Assembly: GCA_963836285.1 (NCBI GenBank)
Contig: CAWIIN010000001.1
Coordinates: 353,967 to 417,966 of the forward strand
Origin: an uncultured Acidobacteriota bacterium
GTDB taxonomy: Bacteria; Acidobacteriota; Thermoanaerobaculia; UBA5066
Direction: 5' to 3'
Length of the DNA stretch: 64,000 nucleotides
Positions 18,607 through 33,040 of this stretch are shown here, piece after piece. The notes under the pieces were generated by a model. It worked only from the letters and a program-made list of their open reading frames with translations, was not told where the DNA came from and did no database searches. Numbering within the stretch: the first letter of the stretch is position 1; every line of letters starts with the position of its first letter. The translations under genes and the position numbers were made by a program.

Positions 18607-19005
18607 TCACCACACCGTGCAGACGACCTCGCCGCCGACGCCGCGCTTTTTCGCGTCGTTGCCGGTGAGGAGGCCTTGCGAGGTGGACACGATGGCGACG
18701 CCGAGGCCGCCGAGGACCTCGGGGAGCTCGTCCTTGCCCTTGTAGAGACGGCGGCCAGGCTTGCTGGACCGCGTGAGACCGTGGATGACCGGGTTGCCCG
18801 TGTCGTCGTACTTGAGGTACAGACGCAGGAGGCTCCCGCCGCGGTCGTCCATGACCTTGAAGTTCTTGATGTAGCCCTCGTCCTTGAGGATCCGGGCGAG
18901 CTCCACCTTGAAACGCGACGACGGGATGTCGGCCTTCTCGTGGCGGGCCGAGATGGCGTTCCTCAGGCGGGTCAGGAGGTCGGAGACGGGATCGGTGACG
19001 TTCAT
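18607..19005 (-). CDS. rpsH: 30S ribosomal protein S8
   Basis: MNVTDPVSDLLTRLRNA... Confidence 0.95.
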   Translation of the reverse strand: MNVTDPVSDLLTRLRNAISARHEKADIPSSRFKVELARILKDEGYIKNFKVMDDRGGSLLRLYLKYDDTGNPVIHGLTRSSKPGRRLYKGKDELPEVLGGLGVAIVSTSQGLLTGNDAKKRGVGGEVVCTVW

Positions 19006-19017
19006 CTCGCCTCCTTC

Positions 19018-19203
19018 CTACCAGGACGCTTTCGTCACGCCCGGGATGTACCCGGCGAGCGCGAGATTGCGGAAACAGATGCGGCACATGCCGAACTTCC
19101 GGATGAAGCTCCGCGGTCGCCCGCAGCGCGCGCAGCGGTTGCGCTTGCGGATCACGTACTTCAGCTTCGAGTTCGCCTTGATGACGGCGGCGCGACGAGC
19201 CAT
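19018..19203 (-). CDS. rpsZ: 30S ribosomal protein S14 type Z (zinc-binding, 61 aa)
   Basis: [21 protein letters not shown]4 motif. Confidence 0.9.
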   Translation of the reverse strand: MARRAAVIKANSKLKYVIRKRNRCARCGRPRSFIRKFGMCRICFRNLALAGYIPGVTKASW

Positions 19204-19219
19204 TTCGGTCGCTCCTTGC

Positions 19220-19762
19220 CTATCGCCCGAACGGCATGCCGAGCTCCCGGAGGAGAACCCGGGCCCGGTCATCCGAGCCTGCCGTCGTGACGATGGTGAC
19301 GTTGAGTCCCTTGGATTTGTCGATCTTGGTGGGGTCGATCTCGGGGAAGATCACGTGGTCCTTCACGCCGAGCGTGTAGTTCCCGCGCCCGTCGAAGGCG
19401 CGCGTCGGCACGCCGCGGAAGTCGCGGACGCGCGGAAGCGCGACGTTCATGAGGCGGTCGAGGAACTCGTACATCCGGTCCCCGCGCAGGGTCACGCGGC
19501 AGCCGATCGGCATGCCGGCGCGCAGCTTGAACGTCGCGATGGACTTCTTCGCCTTCGTGACGACGGCGCGCTGGCCGGCGATCCGCGTGAGCTCCTCGGC
19601 GGCGGCGTCGACGAGCTTCGCGTTCGAAATCGCCTCGCCGATGCCCATGTTGAGGACGACCTTCTCCACCTTCGGGATCGCCATCGGGTTCTCGATGCCG
19701 AATTCCTTCTTGAGGACGGGGACGACCTCTTTCTTGTACTTCTCGGAAAGTCGCGCGCTCAT
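19220..19762 (-). CDS. rplE: 50S ribosomal protein L5
   Basis: [15 protein letters not shown]... Confidence 0.95.
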   Translation of the reverse strand: MSARLSEKYKKEVVPVLKKEFGIENPMAIPKVEKVVLNMGIGEAISNAKLVDAAAEELTRIAGQRAVVTKAKKSIATFKLRAGMPIGCRVTLRGDRMYEFLDRLMNVALPRVRDFRGVPTRAFDGRGNYTLGVKDHVIFPEIDPTKIDKSKGLNVTIVTTAGSDDRARVLLRELGMPFGR

Positions 19763-19764
19763 GG

Positions 19765-20130
19765 CTACTCCCCCGCCGTCCGGAGTGTCCCGATCGTCGA
19801 GCCGCTCTTCTTCGCGTAGCGGACCCACTCGGCGCCCTCCTTGCGGACACCGACGCGGGTCGGCTTGCCGCCCTCGGGATCGACGAGCATGAGGTTCGAG
19901 ATGGCGACGGGCGCCTCGCGCTCGAGGATGCCGCCCTTGATGTTCTTCTGGGGATTCGCCCGCGTCGCGCGCTTGATCTTGTTCACGCCCTCGACGATGG
20001 CCCGGCCCTTGGCCGGGATGACGCGCAGGACCTTGCCCTGCGCTCCCCGGTCCTTGCCGGTCAGGACGACGACGACGTCGTCCTTGCGGATGCGGCACTT
20101 GCCGCCGTAGGTCGGTTGCTTCTTCTTCAT
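19765..20130 (-). CDS. rplX: 50S ribosomal protein L24
   Basis: KOW motif. Confidence 0.93.
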   Translation of the reverse strand: MKKKQPTYGGKCRIRKDDVVVVLTGKDRGAQGKVLRVIPAKGRAIVEGVNKIKRATRANPQKNIKGGILEREAPVAISNLMLVDPEGGKPTRVGVRKEGAEWVRYAKKSGSTIGTLRTAGE

Positions 20131-20132
20131 GG

Positions 20133-20507
20133 TCAGATGACTTCCGGAGCCAGCGAGATGATCTTCATGAACTTCTTCTCGCGAAGCTCGCGCGCGACCG
20201 GCCCGAACACGCGGGTGCCGATCGGCTCCTTTTCGTTGTTGACGAGGACGGCCGCATTCGTGTCGAACTTGATGTAGCTGCCGTCGCGGCGCCTCTGCTC
20301 GCGCACGGTGCGGACGATGACGGCCTTCACGACCTTGCCCTTCTTGACCGTGTCGGGCGCGTCCGGATTGGACTCCTTCACGGAGCAGGTGATGACGTCC
20401 CCGATGCGACCGTAGTCCCCGGTCGAGCCCCCCTGGACCTTGATGCAGGCCAGGCGGCGCGCGCCGGAGTTGTCGGCGACCTCGAGGATCGTTCCCATCT
20501 GGATCAC
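20133..20507 (-). CDS. rplN: 50S ribosomal protein L14
   Basis: [17 protein letters not shown]... Confidence 0.95.
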   Translation of the reverse strand: MIQMGTILEVADNSGARRLACIKVQGGSTGDYGRIGDVITCSVKESNPDAPDTVKKGKVVKAVIVRTVREQRRRDGSYIKFDTNAAVLVNNEKEPIGTRVFGPVARELREKKFMKIISLAPEVI

Positions 20508-20905
20508 GACGCCCTCCCTTCCGCAGGCGCGTCGGTCCGCTTCACGGACTTCTTCGCGGCGCTGCCCGGGACCTCGGCCGTGTCGGCGACCTCGCCGTGG
20601 CCCTTCGTGACGACCGCGACGACGCGCCAGCGCTTCTTCGCGGACAGCGGGCGCGTCTCCTCGATCTCGACCGTGTCGCCCGGCTGGGACTTCAGCACGC
20701 GGTCGTCCGCGAGGAAGCGCTCGGAGCGCTTCATGTAGCGGCCATACCGCTCGTGCTTCACGAGGCGGGACACCTCGACGACGACGGTCTTCTCCATCTT
20801 GTTCGAGACGACGGTCCCGGTCTTGCGCGAGCGCCGCCTGGCGGGCGTGTTCGCGCCCGCGGAGGGGCCGGAGGTGTTCTGGTTCGTGCTCATGGGCTTG
20901 CTCAC
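20504..20905 (-). CDS. rpsQ: 30S ribosomal protein S17 (extended N- and C-termini)
   Basis: S17 core [16 protein letters not shown]. About 25-aa N-terminal and 25-aa C-terminal extensions. Confidence 0.9.
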   Translation of the reverse strand: MSKPMSTNQNTSGPSAGANTPARRRSRKTGTVVSNKMEKTVVVEVSRLVKHERYGRYMKRSERFLADDRVLKSQPGDTVEIEETRPLSAKKRWRVVAVVTKGHGEVADTAEVPGSAAKKSVKRTDAPAEGRAS

Positions 20906-20921
20906 TGCTTCCTGTTACCGA

Positions 20922-21410
20922 CTACTTCTTCTTGCTCTTCTTCGGGGCCGCGGACTTGACCTTCGAGGGTCCGGCCGTCTTGCCCTTCGGTCCCGCGGAT
21001 TTCTTAGAAGGTGAATGGGCCCTCGCCGCCGCGCCCGCCGTCTTCTTCCCCGTGGCCTTCGCGGCCGCCGCGCGCTTCTTGGCGCCCTTGCCGCTGGCCG
21101 CCGTCGCGCCGGCATGGCCCTTCGGCTTCGGCGTGGCCGCGCTCTTCTCATTCGCAGAACTCTTCTCTTCGCGCCCCTCGGTCTGCGCCGGCGTGACCTC
21201 GTGCGCCGCCGCCGCCGCCGTCTCCGCGGCTCCCATGTGCTGCGCGGTCTTGAGGCGGGCGATGTCCTTGCGGAGCTGCTTGATCTTCATGGGGTTCTCG
21301 AGCTGGCCCGTCGCCTTCTGGAGGCGCAGGGTGAAGAGGGACTGCGTCCACTCCTTCACCTTCGCGGCCTTCTCGTCGGGGGACCAGTCGAGCATCGCCT
21401 GGATCTTCAT
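20922..21410 (-). CDS. rpmC: 50S ribosomal protein L29 with a roughly 100-aa Lys/Ala-rich C-terminal extension
   Basis: L29 core [14 protein letters not shown]...[10 protein letters not shown]. The tail is ...[19 protein letters not shown]...KSKKK and contains a repeat copy at 20995–21019. Confidence 0.85.
   Translation of the reverse strand: MKIQAMLDWSPDEKAAKVKEWTQSLFTLRLQKATGQLENPMKIKQLRKDIARLKTAQHMGAAETAAAAAHEVTPAQTEGREEKSSANEKSAATPKPKGHAGATAASGKGAKKRAAAAKATGKKTAGAAARAHSPSKKSAGPKGKTAGPSKVKSAAPKKSKKK
20995..21019 (+). repeat. solo repeat copy (GCGGATTTCTTAGAAGGTGAATGGG) in-frame in the rpmC tail (encodes HSPSKKS)
   Basis: Core motif read in the sequence. Confidence 0.55.
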
Positions 21411-21412
21411 GC

Positions 21413-21838
21413 TCACCTCACCGCCGCAAGGAAGCCGCGCGAGACGAAGCGGGTCTTGATCCCGATCTTGTCCGCGGCGAGCTTGAAAGCCTCGCGCGCG
21501 GTCTTCTCGTCGACGCCTTCCATCTCGAACAGGACGCGGGCCGGCTTGACGACGCACACCCAGCCTTCGGGCGCGCCCTTGCCCTTGCCCATGCGGGTCT
21601 CGAGCGGCTTTTTCGTGATCGGCTTGTCGGGGAACACGCGGATCCAGAGCTTTCCGCCGCGCTTGACGTGGCGCTGGACGGCCACGCGGCCCGCCTCGAT
21701 CTGGCGCGCGGTGAGCCAGCCCGGCTCGAGCGCCTGCAGCCCGTACTCCCCGAAGGAGAGCTCGGAGCCGCGAAGCGCCGTGCCGCGCATGCGGCCGCGC
21801 TGCTGCTTTCTGTATTTGACCTTGGACGGCATCAACAT
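21413..21838 (-). CDS. rplP: 50S ribosomal protein L16
   Basis: Full-length match. Confidence 0.95.
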   Translation of the reverse strand: MLMPSKVKYRKQQRGRMRGTALRGSELSFGEYGLQALEPGWLTARQIEAGRVAVQRHVKRGGKLWIRVFPDKPITKKPLETRMGKGKGAPEGWVCVVKPARVLFEMEGVDEKTAREAFKLAADKIGIKTRFVSRGFLAAVR

Positions 21839-21850
21839 GAGCGTTGTTCC

Positions 21851-22498
21851 TTACGCGACTTTCCGGCGGCTCTTGGCGCGGTGCAGGTCGCCCTTGTAGA
21901 TCCAGCACTTGACGCCGATCTTTCCGTACGTCGTCCGAGCCTCGGCGAACCCGTAGTCGATGTCGGCCTTGAGCGTGTGGAGCGGGAGGCGGCCCTCCTG
22001 GTACCACTCGGAACGCGCGATCTCGGCGCCGTTCAGGCGGCCGCCGCAGCGGATCTTGATTCCCTGCGCGCCGAACCGGAAGGCGGACTCCATTCCCTTC
22101 TTCATCGCGCGGCGGAACGCGACACGGCGTTCGAGCTGCATCGCGATGGACTCGGCGACGAGCTGGGCGTCCGTCTCGGGGCGCTGGATCTCGATGATGT
22201 TCACGTGGATGTCCTTGCCGAGCCGCTGCTGGAGCCGGTCGCGGAGCTGGTCCACGGACGCGCCCTTTTTCCCGATGATGACGCCGGGACGGGCGGTCAT
22301 GATGTTGATCTTGAGCTTGTTCCCGCGCTCGATTTCCACCTCGGACACGGCCGCGTTCGCGAGGTCGCGCTTGAGCTCCTCGCGGAGCTTGATGTCATCG
22401 TGGAGGAACTTGAGGTAGTCCTTCTCGGCGTACCAGCGCGAGTGCCAGGTCCGGTTGTAGCCGATGCGGAAACCGTAGGGGTGGACTTTCTGACCCAT
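21851..22498 (-). CDS. rpsC: 30S ribosomal protein S3
   Basis: [13 protein letters not shown]... KH domain. The start was trimmed. Confidence 0.95.
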   Translation of the reverse strand: MGQKVHPYGFRIGYNRTWHSRWYAEKDYLKFLHDDIKLREELKRDLANAAVSEVEIERGNKLKINIMTARPGVIIGKKGASVDQLRDRLQQRLGKDIHVNIIEIQRPETDAQLVAESIAMQLERRVAFRRAMKKGMESAFRFGAQGIKIRCGGRLNGAEIARSEWYQEGRLPLHTLKADIDYGFAEARTTYGKIGVKCWIYKGDLHRAKSRRKVA

Positions 22499-22509
22499 CG
22501 TTGACTCCG

Positions 22510-23136
22510 TTACTCGGCCGCGCCGGGCTTGGGGGACGGCTTCTTGGACTTCGTGGCGCCCTTTTCGCCTTTCGGCTCGGCGTGCGAATGGTCTGCATGG
22601 CTTGCCGAGCTCTTCGACCCGGACTTCGCCGCCTTCGGGCGCGCGGCGGCGGCTGACACGGCGGCGGCGACGCGTCCCTGGCGCTTCTTGACGAGCGGCT
22701 TCGGCGCCTCCGCCTTGAGGCCGGCTCCCTTCCGCGCGGCGGCGTCGTCCGAGAGGACGACCGTCACGTGGCAGAACGGGCGCGGGACGAGCCACATGCG
22801 CCCCTGCGGGCCGGACATGAAGCGCGGGCGCGCGAACCGCTTCTTGTAGTTCGAGATCGCGCGGATCATCGCGTTCCGCTGGAGGGGCCTGCGTCCCGCC
22901 TCGTCGACGTGGATCTTCGCGACGACGAGCGCGTCCGCGTCCACACCCGACTCGTTCTGCTGGGCGTTCGCGATCGCGGACTCGACGAGCTTCAGAAGGT
23001 CCGGCGAGCAGCTCTTGCGCGTCGTGCGAAGGGTCGCGAGGGCCCTCCCGACGGGCTTCATGCGGATGAGGTCGGCCACGAGGCGAACCTTCTGCGCGGA
23101 GCCGCGGTAGTGGCGGAGGCGGGCAACGGTTTCCAT
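22510..23136 (-). CDS. rplV: 50S ribosomal protein L22 with a roughly 75-aa Lys/Ala/Pro-rich C-terminal extension
   Basis: [25 protein letters not shown]... The start was trimmed from the 554-aa ORF artifact. Confidence 0.9.
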   Translation of the reverse strand: METVARLRHYRGSAQKVRLVADLIRMKPVGRALATLRTTRKSCSPDLLKLVESAIANAQQNESGVDADALVVAKIHVDEAGRRPLQRNAMIRAISNYKKRFARPRFMSGPQGRMWLVPRPFCHVTVVLSDDAAARKGAGLKAEAPKPLVKKRQGRVAAAVSAAAARPKAAKSGSKSSASHADHSHAEPKGEKGATKSKKPSPKPGAAE

Positions 23137-23147
23137 CGTCCTCCTCC

Positions 23148-23492
23148 TCAGCCCTTCGCCGCCGGCGCGGCCGCGGCCGGAGCCGCGGCGCCCGGAAGTC
23201 CGGGAGCCCCCGGCGTCGCGCCCTTCTCGATCTTGCGACCCGAGTGGCCCTTGAACATGCGCGTGGGCGAGAACTCGCCGAGCTTGTGCCCGACCATGTT
23301 CTCGGAGATGTACACGGGAATGAATTTCTTGCCGTTGTGGACGGCCAGCGTGTGGCCGACCATGTCGGGCAGGATCGTCGAGCGGCGCGACCACGTCTTG
23401 AGGACGCGCTTCTCGCCCGCTTCGTTCATCGTGGCGATCTTTTCGAGGAGCGGCCCGTCGACGAACGGCCCCTTCTTCGTGGAACGAGACAT
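23148..23492 (-). CDS. rpsS: 30S ribosomal protein S19 (Ala/Pro-rich C-terminal extension)
   Basis: [12 protein letters not shown]... Confidence 0.95.
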   Translation of the reverse strand: MSRSTKKGPFVDGPLLEKIATMNEAGEKRVLKTWSRRSTILPDMVGHTLAVHNGKKFIPVYISENMVGHKLGEFSPTRMFKGHSGRKIEKGATPGAPGLPGAAAPAAAAPAAKG

Positions 23493-23507
23493 GTTTTCCC
23501 TCGTCTC

Positions 23508-24329
23508 CTACTTGCGGCGCTTGACGATGAGCGCGTCGGTACGCTTGTTGTTGCGGGTCTTCTTGCCCTTGGTCTTCCAGCCCCACGGCGACGTCGGGTG
23601 GCGGCCGCCGGACGTCTTTCCTTCGCCGCCGCCCATCGGATGGTCGACGGGATTCATCGCGACGCCGCGGTTGTGCGACTTCCAGCCGAGCCAGCGGTTG
23701 CGGCCGGCCTTGCCGATCGAGACGTTCTCGTGCTCGATGTTGCCGACCTGGCCGATCGTCGCGTAGCAATCCACACGGACCCGGCGCAGCTCGCCGGAGG
23801 GCACGCGGAGGAGCGCGAAGGCGCCCTCCTTCGCCATGAGCTGGGCGCTCGCGCCGGCCGAGCGGGCGAGCTGGCCGCCGCGTCCGGGCTTGAACTCGAT
23901 GTTGTGGACGACCGTGCCGAGCGGGATCGCCTTGAGAGGCAGCGCGTTGCCCACGACGATGTCCGCCGCCGGGCCCGACACGACCGTCTGCCCGACCGCG
24001 AGGCCCGCCGGCGCGACGATGTAGCGCTTCTCGCCGTCCGCGTAGTTCAGGAGCGCGATGCGAGACGAGCGGTTCGGGTCGTATTCGATCGACGCGACCT
24101 TTGCCGGAATCTCGTGCTTGTCCCGCTTGAAGTCGATCGTGCGGAACCGCTTCTTGTGGCCGCCGCCGCGCCACCAGGACGTCAGGTGGCCCCGGCTGTC
24201 GCGACCGCCCGTCTTGAGCTTGCCCTTCGTGAGCGACTTCGTCGGCTCGGACTTCGTGATCTCCGAGAAATCCGACGTCGTCCTCTGGCGCATGCCGGGA
24301 GACGTCGGCTTGTAGGACTTCACGGGCAT
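23508..24329 (-). CDS. rplB: 50S ribosomal protein L2
   Basis: Full-length match. Confidence 0.95.
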   Translation of the reverse strand: MPVKSYKPTSPGMRQRTTSDFSEITKSEPTKSLTKGKLKTGGRDSRGHLTSWWRGGGHKKRFRTIDFKRDKHEIPAKVASIEYDPNRSSRIALLNYADGEKRYIVAPAGLAVGQTVVSGPAADIVVGNALPLKAIPLGTVVHNIEFKPGRGGQLARSAGASAQLMAKEGAFALLRVPSGELRRVRVDCYATIGQVGNIEHENVSIGKAGRNRWLGWKSHNRGVAMNPVDHPMGGGEGKTSGGRHPTSPWGWKTKGKKTRNNKRTDALIVKRRK

Positions 24330-24333
24330 GGCG

Positions 24334-24636
24334 TCACACCCCTTCGAACAGGGCCGGGAGCTTCTGGCCCTTCGCGAGCTTCACGTAAGCCTTCTTCCGG
24401 TCCTGCGCGCGACCGATCGACTTGCCTACCTTCTTGATCTTCCCGCTCACGGCGACGACGCGGACGGCGTCGACCTTGACCTGGAAGAGGGCTTCGACCG
24501 CCTTGCGGATCTCGATCTTGTTCGCGTCGCGGGCGACGTCGAACGTGAGGACGTTCTGTGCCTGGCTCATCGCCGTCGAGCGCTCCGTGAGCACGGGGCG
24601 GACGAGAACGGACTGAGGGGTGCGGCCGATCGTCAT
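24334..24636 (-). CDS. rplW: 50S ribosomal protein L23
   Basis: [18 protein letters not shown]... The start was trimmed. Confidence 0.92.
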   Translation of the reverse strand: MTIGRTPQSVLVRPVLTERSTAMSQAQNVLTFDVARDANKIEIRKAVEALFQVKVDAVRVVAVSGKIKKVGKSIGRAQDRKKAYVKLAKGQKLPALFEGV

Positions 24637-25319
24637 GCCAGCACCTCCGAGACGGCGCGGAGAGCGTCCTCGGTGAGGACGATCGTGCCGGCATTCAGGG
24701 CGTCGTAGACGTTCAGGCCGAGCGGATCCCGCGTCGTGACCGCGGGGTTGTTCGCCGCAGCCCGTGTGAGGTTCTCGTTGCCCTTGCGGTCGACGACGAG
24801 AGCCTTGCCCTCGATCCCGAGCTTCGCGAGCGCGCCCGCGAAGTCTCGCGTCTTGTGCGTCGCGAGCTCGATCGCGTCGAGGAGGACCACCTTCTGCTCG
24901 CGGGCCTTCTCGGAGAGCACGCAGCGGAGCGCCGCCTTCTTCGCCTTGGCGTTCACCTTGAGCGCGTACGAGTGCGGGACGGGCCCGAACACCGTGCCGC
25001 CGTGGCGGTGGATCGGCGGGCGGCCGCCGCCCTGGCGGGCGCGGCCCGTGTGCTTCTGCTTGAAGGGCTTCTTGCCGGAGCCCGACACCTCGGCGCGGGT
25101 CTTCGTCTTGTGGGTGCCGCGGTGCTCGCGCGCGCGGATCTCCTTGACGACCTCCCACACGAGATGGCGGCGGAACGGCACCCCGAAGATGTCCTCGGGA
25201 AGCGTCGCCTCGCCGACCGTCTCGGCCTTGAGGTTCCGCACCTTGACCTTCAGCGACGCGGCGGGCGTCTTCGGAGAAGTCCTGGCCGGAGCGGCGGTCT
25301 TCGTCTTCTTGTCTGCCAT
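24633..25319 (-). CDS. rplD: 50S ribosomal protein L4
   Basis: Full-length match. Confidence 0.95.
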   Translation of the reverse strand: MADKKTKTAAPARTSPKTPAASLKVKVRNLKAETVGEATLPEDIFGVPFRRHLVWEVVKEIRAREHRGTHKTKTRAEVSGSGKKPFKQKHTGRARQGGGRPPIHRHGGTVFGPVPHSYALKVNAKAKKAALRCVLSEKAREQKVVLLDAIELATHKTRDFAGALAKLGIEGKALVVDRKGNENLTRAAANNPAVTTRDPLGLNVYDALNAGTIVLTEDALRAVSEVLA

Positions 25320-25328
25320 GGCCGCTCC

Positions 25329-25985
25329 TTACGCCGCCGCCCCGTTGCCGGCCTTCTTCGAGAGCTTCTTCACGATCTTGACGACCGTGTTGCGAGCCCC
25401 CGGGACCGCGCCGCGGAGGTAGATGAGGTGGTTCTCGGCGTCCACGCGGACGACGATGAGGTTTTTCATCGTCGTCTGCTTGCCGCCCATGCGCCCCGAC
25501 GAGCGGGTGCCCGGGTAGACGCGAGACGGGAACGCGGACGGGCCGATGGAGCCCGGCGCACGGTGGAACATCGAGCCGTGCGTGGCCGCGCCGCCCGCGA
25601 AGTGGTGGCGCTTCATGACGCCCTGGAAACCCTTGCCTTTGGAGACGCCGACGACGTCGACGTGCTCTTTTTCGGCAAAGATGTCGCAGAGCACCTTGTC
25701 GCCGGGGGCGGCTTTCTCGTCGGCGTCGCAGCGCACTTCACCGAGGGTCTTCGCCGGCGGCACGCCCGCCTTCTCGAAATGACCCCTCGCCGCCGCCGTG
25801 AGGCGGCGCGGCGACACGCGGCCGACGAGCCCGAGCTGGACGGCGTCGTACCCGTCGTGGTCCTTCGTCTTGCGCTGGACGACGAGGCAGGGCCCGGCTT
25901 CGACGACGGTGACCGGCACGACCGTGCCGTCCGCCTCGAAGACCTGGGTCATCCCGATCTTGCGTCCCAGAATTCCGTTGATCAT
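25329..25985 (-). CDS. rplC: 50S ribosomal protein L3
   Basis: [16 protein letters not shown]... Confidence 0.95.
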   Translation of the reverse strand: MINGILGRKIGMTQVFEADGTVVPVTVVEAGPCLVVQRKTKDHDGYDAVQLGLVGRVSPRRLTAAARGHFEKAGVPPAKTLGEVRCDADEKAAPGDKVLCDIFAEKEHVDVVGVSKGKGFQGVMKRHHFAGGAATHGSMFHRAPGSIGPSAFPSRVYPGTRSSGRMGGKQTTMKNLIVVRVDAENHLIYLRGAVPGARNTVVKIVKKLSKKAGNGAAA

Positions 25986-26040
25986 GTTTCTTTCCTCGCC
26001 GCGCCCCTGGAAGAGGCGAGGCGGTTCTTTGTTCGACTTC

Positions 26041-26358
<318 letters not shown>

Positions 26359-26407
26359 TTTTTCCTGCCCCGAGCGTCGCCTGTCGCGCCCCGGCAAGGC
26401 CACGCCG

Positions 26408-26432
26408 CTTTCTTCTTAGAAGGTGAAGAGGG
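26408..26432 (+). repeat. dispersed repeat F copy (CTTTCTTCTTAGAAGGTGAAGAGGG) in the S10 leader / tuf–rpsJ spacer
   Basis: It is paired with an inverted variant at 26474–26503. Confidence 0.65.
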
Positions 26433-26473
26433 CGGCGGGCCCGTCGGTGCATTTCAGGTCAGCGTGTCGTTGC

Positions 26474-26503
26474 GTTCTCTCTTTCAGAAGAAAATCCGAA
26501 AAC
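26474..26503 (-). repeat. dispersed repeat, inverted variant (GTTCTCTCTTTCAGAAGAAAATCCGAAAACC)
   Basis: Its reverse complement, GGATTTTCTTCTGAAAGAGAGAAC, matches the F consensus. Confidence 0.6.
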
Positions 26504-26524
26504 CAAAACTCCCCGGTCTCTCTC

Positions 26525-27727
<1,203 letters not shown>

Positions 27728-27756
27728 CTGTCTCTCCTTCGCTCCTGGCGGCTTTC

Positions 27757-29833
<2,077 letters not shown>

Positions 29834-30040
29834 GAGCGTTTGATCCCGTTCCGGGGTGACTGCGCCGTCGAAACCAGGGGTTCTGCAATTCGCTTCGCGA
29901 ATTGGGCCGAGGCAACGGCGCCCGGCTCTATCCCCGTGATTTCCGCACGCTTTGAGGCGTGTTCCGGGTCTTCGAAAGGACCTGTCCGGGTCTGATCGCT
30001 CAGCGCCGGCCGGTTTCCCTTCACCCGGGATGTGGCAGTG

Positions 30041-30520
<480 letters not shown>

Positions 30521-30528
30521 TTAAATCC

Positions 30529-30903
30529 TCAGGCCTTCGGGCGCTTTGCGCCGTACTTGCTGCGCGACTGCTTGCGGTTCGCGACACCGACGGCGTCGAG
30601 CGTGCCGCGGATGATGTGGTACCGCACGCCCGGGAGGTCCTTCACGCGGCCCCCGCGGATCATGACGATCGAGTGCTCCTGGAGGTTGTGCCCGATGCCG
30701 GGGATGTAGGTCGTGACCTCGATGCCGTTCGTGAGGCGCACGCGTGCGATCTTCCGGAGGGCCGAGTTCGGCTTCTTCGGAGTCGTCGTCTTCACCTGGG
30801 TGCACACTCCGCGGCGCTGCGGGCAGGACTGCAGGGCGGGCGACTTCGTCTTGTAACGGACGGCTTCGCGGCCCTTTCTCACGAGCTGGCTGATCGTCGG
30901 CAT
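30529..30903 (-). CDS. rpsL: 30S ribosomal protein S12
   Basis: [12 protein letters not shown]... (start trimmed); [10 protein letters not shown] motif. Confidence 0.95.
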   Translation of the reverse strand: MPTISQLVRKGREAVRYKTKSPALQSCPQRRGVCTQVKTTTPKKPNSALRKIARVRLTNGIEVTTYIPGIGHNLQEHSIVMIRGGRVKDLPGVRYHIIRGTLDAVGVANRKQSRSKYGAKRPKA

Positions 30904-31105
30904 GGGACTTTCGAGACTCCTTCGGAACGCGTGACGAGTCGGATTCCGGTGACGTACGTTCGATCGAGGCGACAACCGACCGCCGAGCGGCCGTTTCCCG
31001 GGCGCGACACGACGCATGGCGCCGGGCCGGTCCCCGGGGAAACCTGCGGATCATAAAGATGCCCCGGATGGCTGTCAAGCGCAGGCCCTCCCAGGGAAGC
31101 CCGTT

Positions 31106-33040
31106 TCAGCTCCAGTGGACGGTCTCGGGCACCGTCCGTGGAGGCGCCGGCGTCGTTCCGGCGCCGCGGCCGAGGCCCGGAAAGAGCTCCAAGACCCTCG
31201 CCGCGACGCCGTCCGCGTCGAGACGGAAGAGCTGCCGCTGGAACGCCTGCGGACCGTGCTCCACGAACTGGTCCGGGATCGCGTGGGCGAAGACGCCTGC
31301 CGACGGGAGACCGGCCGCGTGGACCGCCTCGAGGACCGCGCTGCCAAATCCCCCCATGAGCAGATGCTCCTCGAGGGTGACGAGGAGCGGGGACGCGGCA
31401 AGGAGGGTCCGCACGAGGTCGAGGTCCAAAGGCTTGGCGAATCGCGCGTTAGAGACGCCGCAGTTGATCCCCCGAACCTTCAAAGCCGCGGCCGCCTTCT
31501 CGGCGACGGCCACCATCGAGCCGTAAGCGAGCAGGTTCACGTCCTTTCCGATCGAGAGAATCTCACCCCTCCCCACCGGAAGGGTCCGGAATGCCGCGTC
31601 GAGAGGAACGCCGAGTCCGGCGCCGCGGGGGTAACGGATCGCGAACGGCCGGCCCGACCCCAGCGCGGTGAACAGCAGGTGCTGGAGCTCGTTCTCGTCC
31701 TTCGGGGCGGCGACGGTCATGTTCGGGATGCCGCGCGTGTAGGCGATGTCGTAGATCCCCTGGTGCGTCTTCCCGTCGTCCCCGACGAGGCCGGCCCGGT
31801 CGATGCAGACCGTCACGGGCAGGTTCTGGAGGCAGACGTCGTGGATGAGCTGGTCGTAGCCGCGCTGCAGAAACGTCGAATAGATGGCGACGACGGGCTT
31901 GAGGCCCCCCTTCGCCATCCCGGCAGCCATGATGACGGCGTGCTCCTCGGCGATCCCGACGTCGAAGACGCGGGCCGGGTACGTCTTCCGGACCTCGGCG
32001 AGCGCGGTTCCCTCGAGCATCGCAGCCGTGATCGCGACGATTTTCGGATCCGTGTCCATCATCGCGACGAGAGTCTTCGCGAAGACCTGCGACGCCGTCG
32101 GCGCCGTTCCGGACCCGGCGACGGGCGTCGGCGTACCGGGCTGGTGGAAGCGCGACGGGTTCTCTTCGGCCTTGTCGTACCCGCGCCCCTTGTGTGTGAG
32201 CGCGTGGATGACGACCGGCGTGCCGTCCCTGGCGACGTCCTTCGCCCGGGCGATGGCCTCCTCGAGCTCCTTGTAGTCGTGGCCGTCGATCGGCCCGACG
32301 TAGTGGAAGCCGAGCTCGTCCCAGACCAGGTTCGGGAAGAAGAGCCCTTCGACGGAGTTCTTGATCTTCTTCGCGAGGCCCCATGCCTCCTCGCCCTTCG
32401 GGAGCTTCTTGAAGAGGCCGTGGCCCTTCTCGGTCAGGCGCTTGTAGACGGGGTGCAGCTCGAACCGGTTGCGCCAGTGAGCGAGCCAGCCGACGTTCTC
32501 GGAGATCGACCAGCCGTTGTCGTTCAGGATCACGACGAGACGCTTCGGCTTGATGTGGACGATGTTGTTCAGGGCCTCGTAGCTCGTGCCCGACGTCATC
32601 GCGCCATCCCCGACGACCACGACCACGTACGGCTCATCGGCGTCGTCCTGGTGCGCGACCGCGAGCCCGAGCCCGTATGAAAGGCCCGTGCCGGCGTGGC
32701 CGGCCGCGAAGGTGTCGTGGTCGCTCTCCGTCGGCTCGGCGAAGCCGGAAAGGCCCCCCGGCTTGCGGATCGTCGCGAACCCCGCCGCGCGCCCCGTGAC
32801 GAGCTTGTGCGTGTAGCACTGGTTCGACGTGTCCCAGACGAAACGGTCCCGCGGGCTGTGGAACGCGCGATGGAGCGCGAGCGTCAGCTCGACGACGCCG
32901 AGGTTCGAGGCGAGGTGCCCGCCGGACCCCGTGATCGTCTCGACGATCACGTCGCGGCACTCGGCGGCGAGGCGGGCGAGCGCCGCGTGGTCCAGGCCGC
33001 GGAGATCGTCCGGCCCGTCGATGGTCTCGAGAAGGGTCAT
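31106..33040 (-). CDS. dxs: 1-deoxy-D-xylulose-5-phosphate synthase
   Basis: TPP-binding transketolase-like signature over the full length. Confidence 0.93.
   Translation of the reverse strand: MTLLETIDGPDDLRGLDHAALARLAAECRDVIVETITGSGGHLASNLGVVELTLALHRAFHSPRDRFVWDTSNQCYTHKLVTGRAAGFATIRKPGGLSGFAEPTESDHDTFAAGHAGTGLSYGLGLAVAHQDDADEPYVVVVVGDGAMTSGTSYEALNNIVHIKPKRLVVILNDNGWSISENVGWLAHWRNRFELHPVYKRLTEKGHGLFKKLPKGEEAWGLAKKIKNSVEGLFFPNLVWDELGFHYVGPIDGHDYKELEEAIARAKDVARDGTPVVIHALTHKGRGYDKAEENPSRFHQPGTPTPVAGSGTAPTASQVFAKTLVAMMDTDPKIVAITAAMLEGTALAEVRKTYPARVFDVGIAEEHAVIMAAGMAKGGLKPVVAIYSTFLQRGYDQLIHDVCLQNLPVTVCIDRAGLVGDDGKTHQGIYDIAYTRGIPNMTVAAPKDENELQHLLFTALGSGRPFAIRYPRGAGLGVPLDAAFRTLPVGRGEILSIGKDVNLLAYGSMVAVAEKAAAALKVRGINCGVSNARFAKPLDLDLVRTLLAASPLLVTLEEHLLMGGFGSAVLEAVHAAGLPSAGVFAHAIPDQFVEHGPQAFQRQLFRLDADGVAARVLELFPGLGRGAGTTPAPPRTVPETVHWS

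Noticed and set aside
22510-24174. 554-aa ORF
   Set aside because: Only the C-terminal 208 aa are coding (L22). The N-terminus is an alternative frame over rpsS/rplB. The same reasoning was used to trim 24334–25158 (L23), 53855–54826 (S9), 54274–55653 (L13), 54783–56495 (coaE), 49567–50208 (ispF), 48848–49993 (rlmB), 18041–19087 (L6), 19220–20098 (L5), 21851–22795 (S3), 30529–31017 (S12) and 58876–60318 (TonB-C protein).
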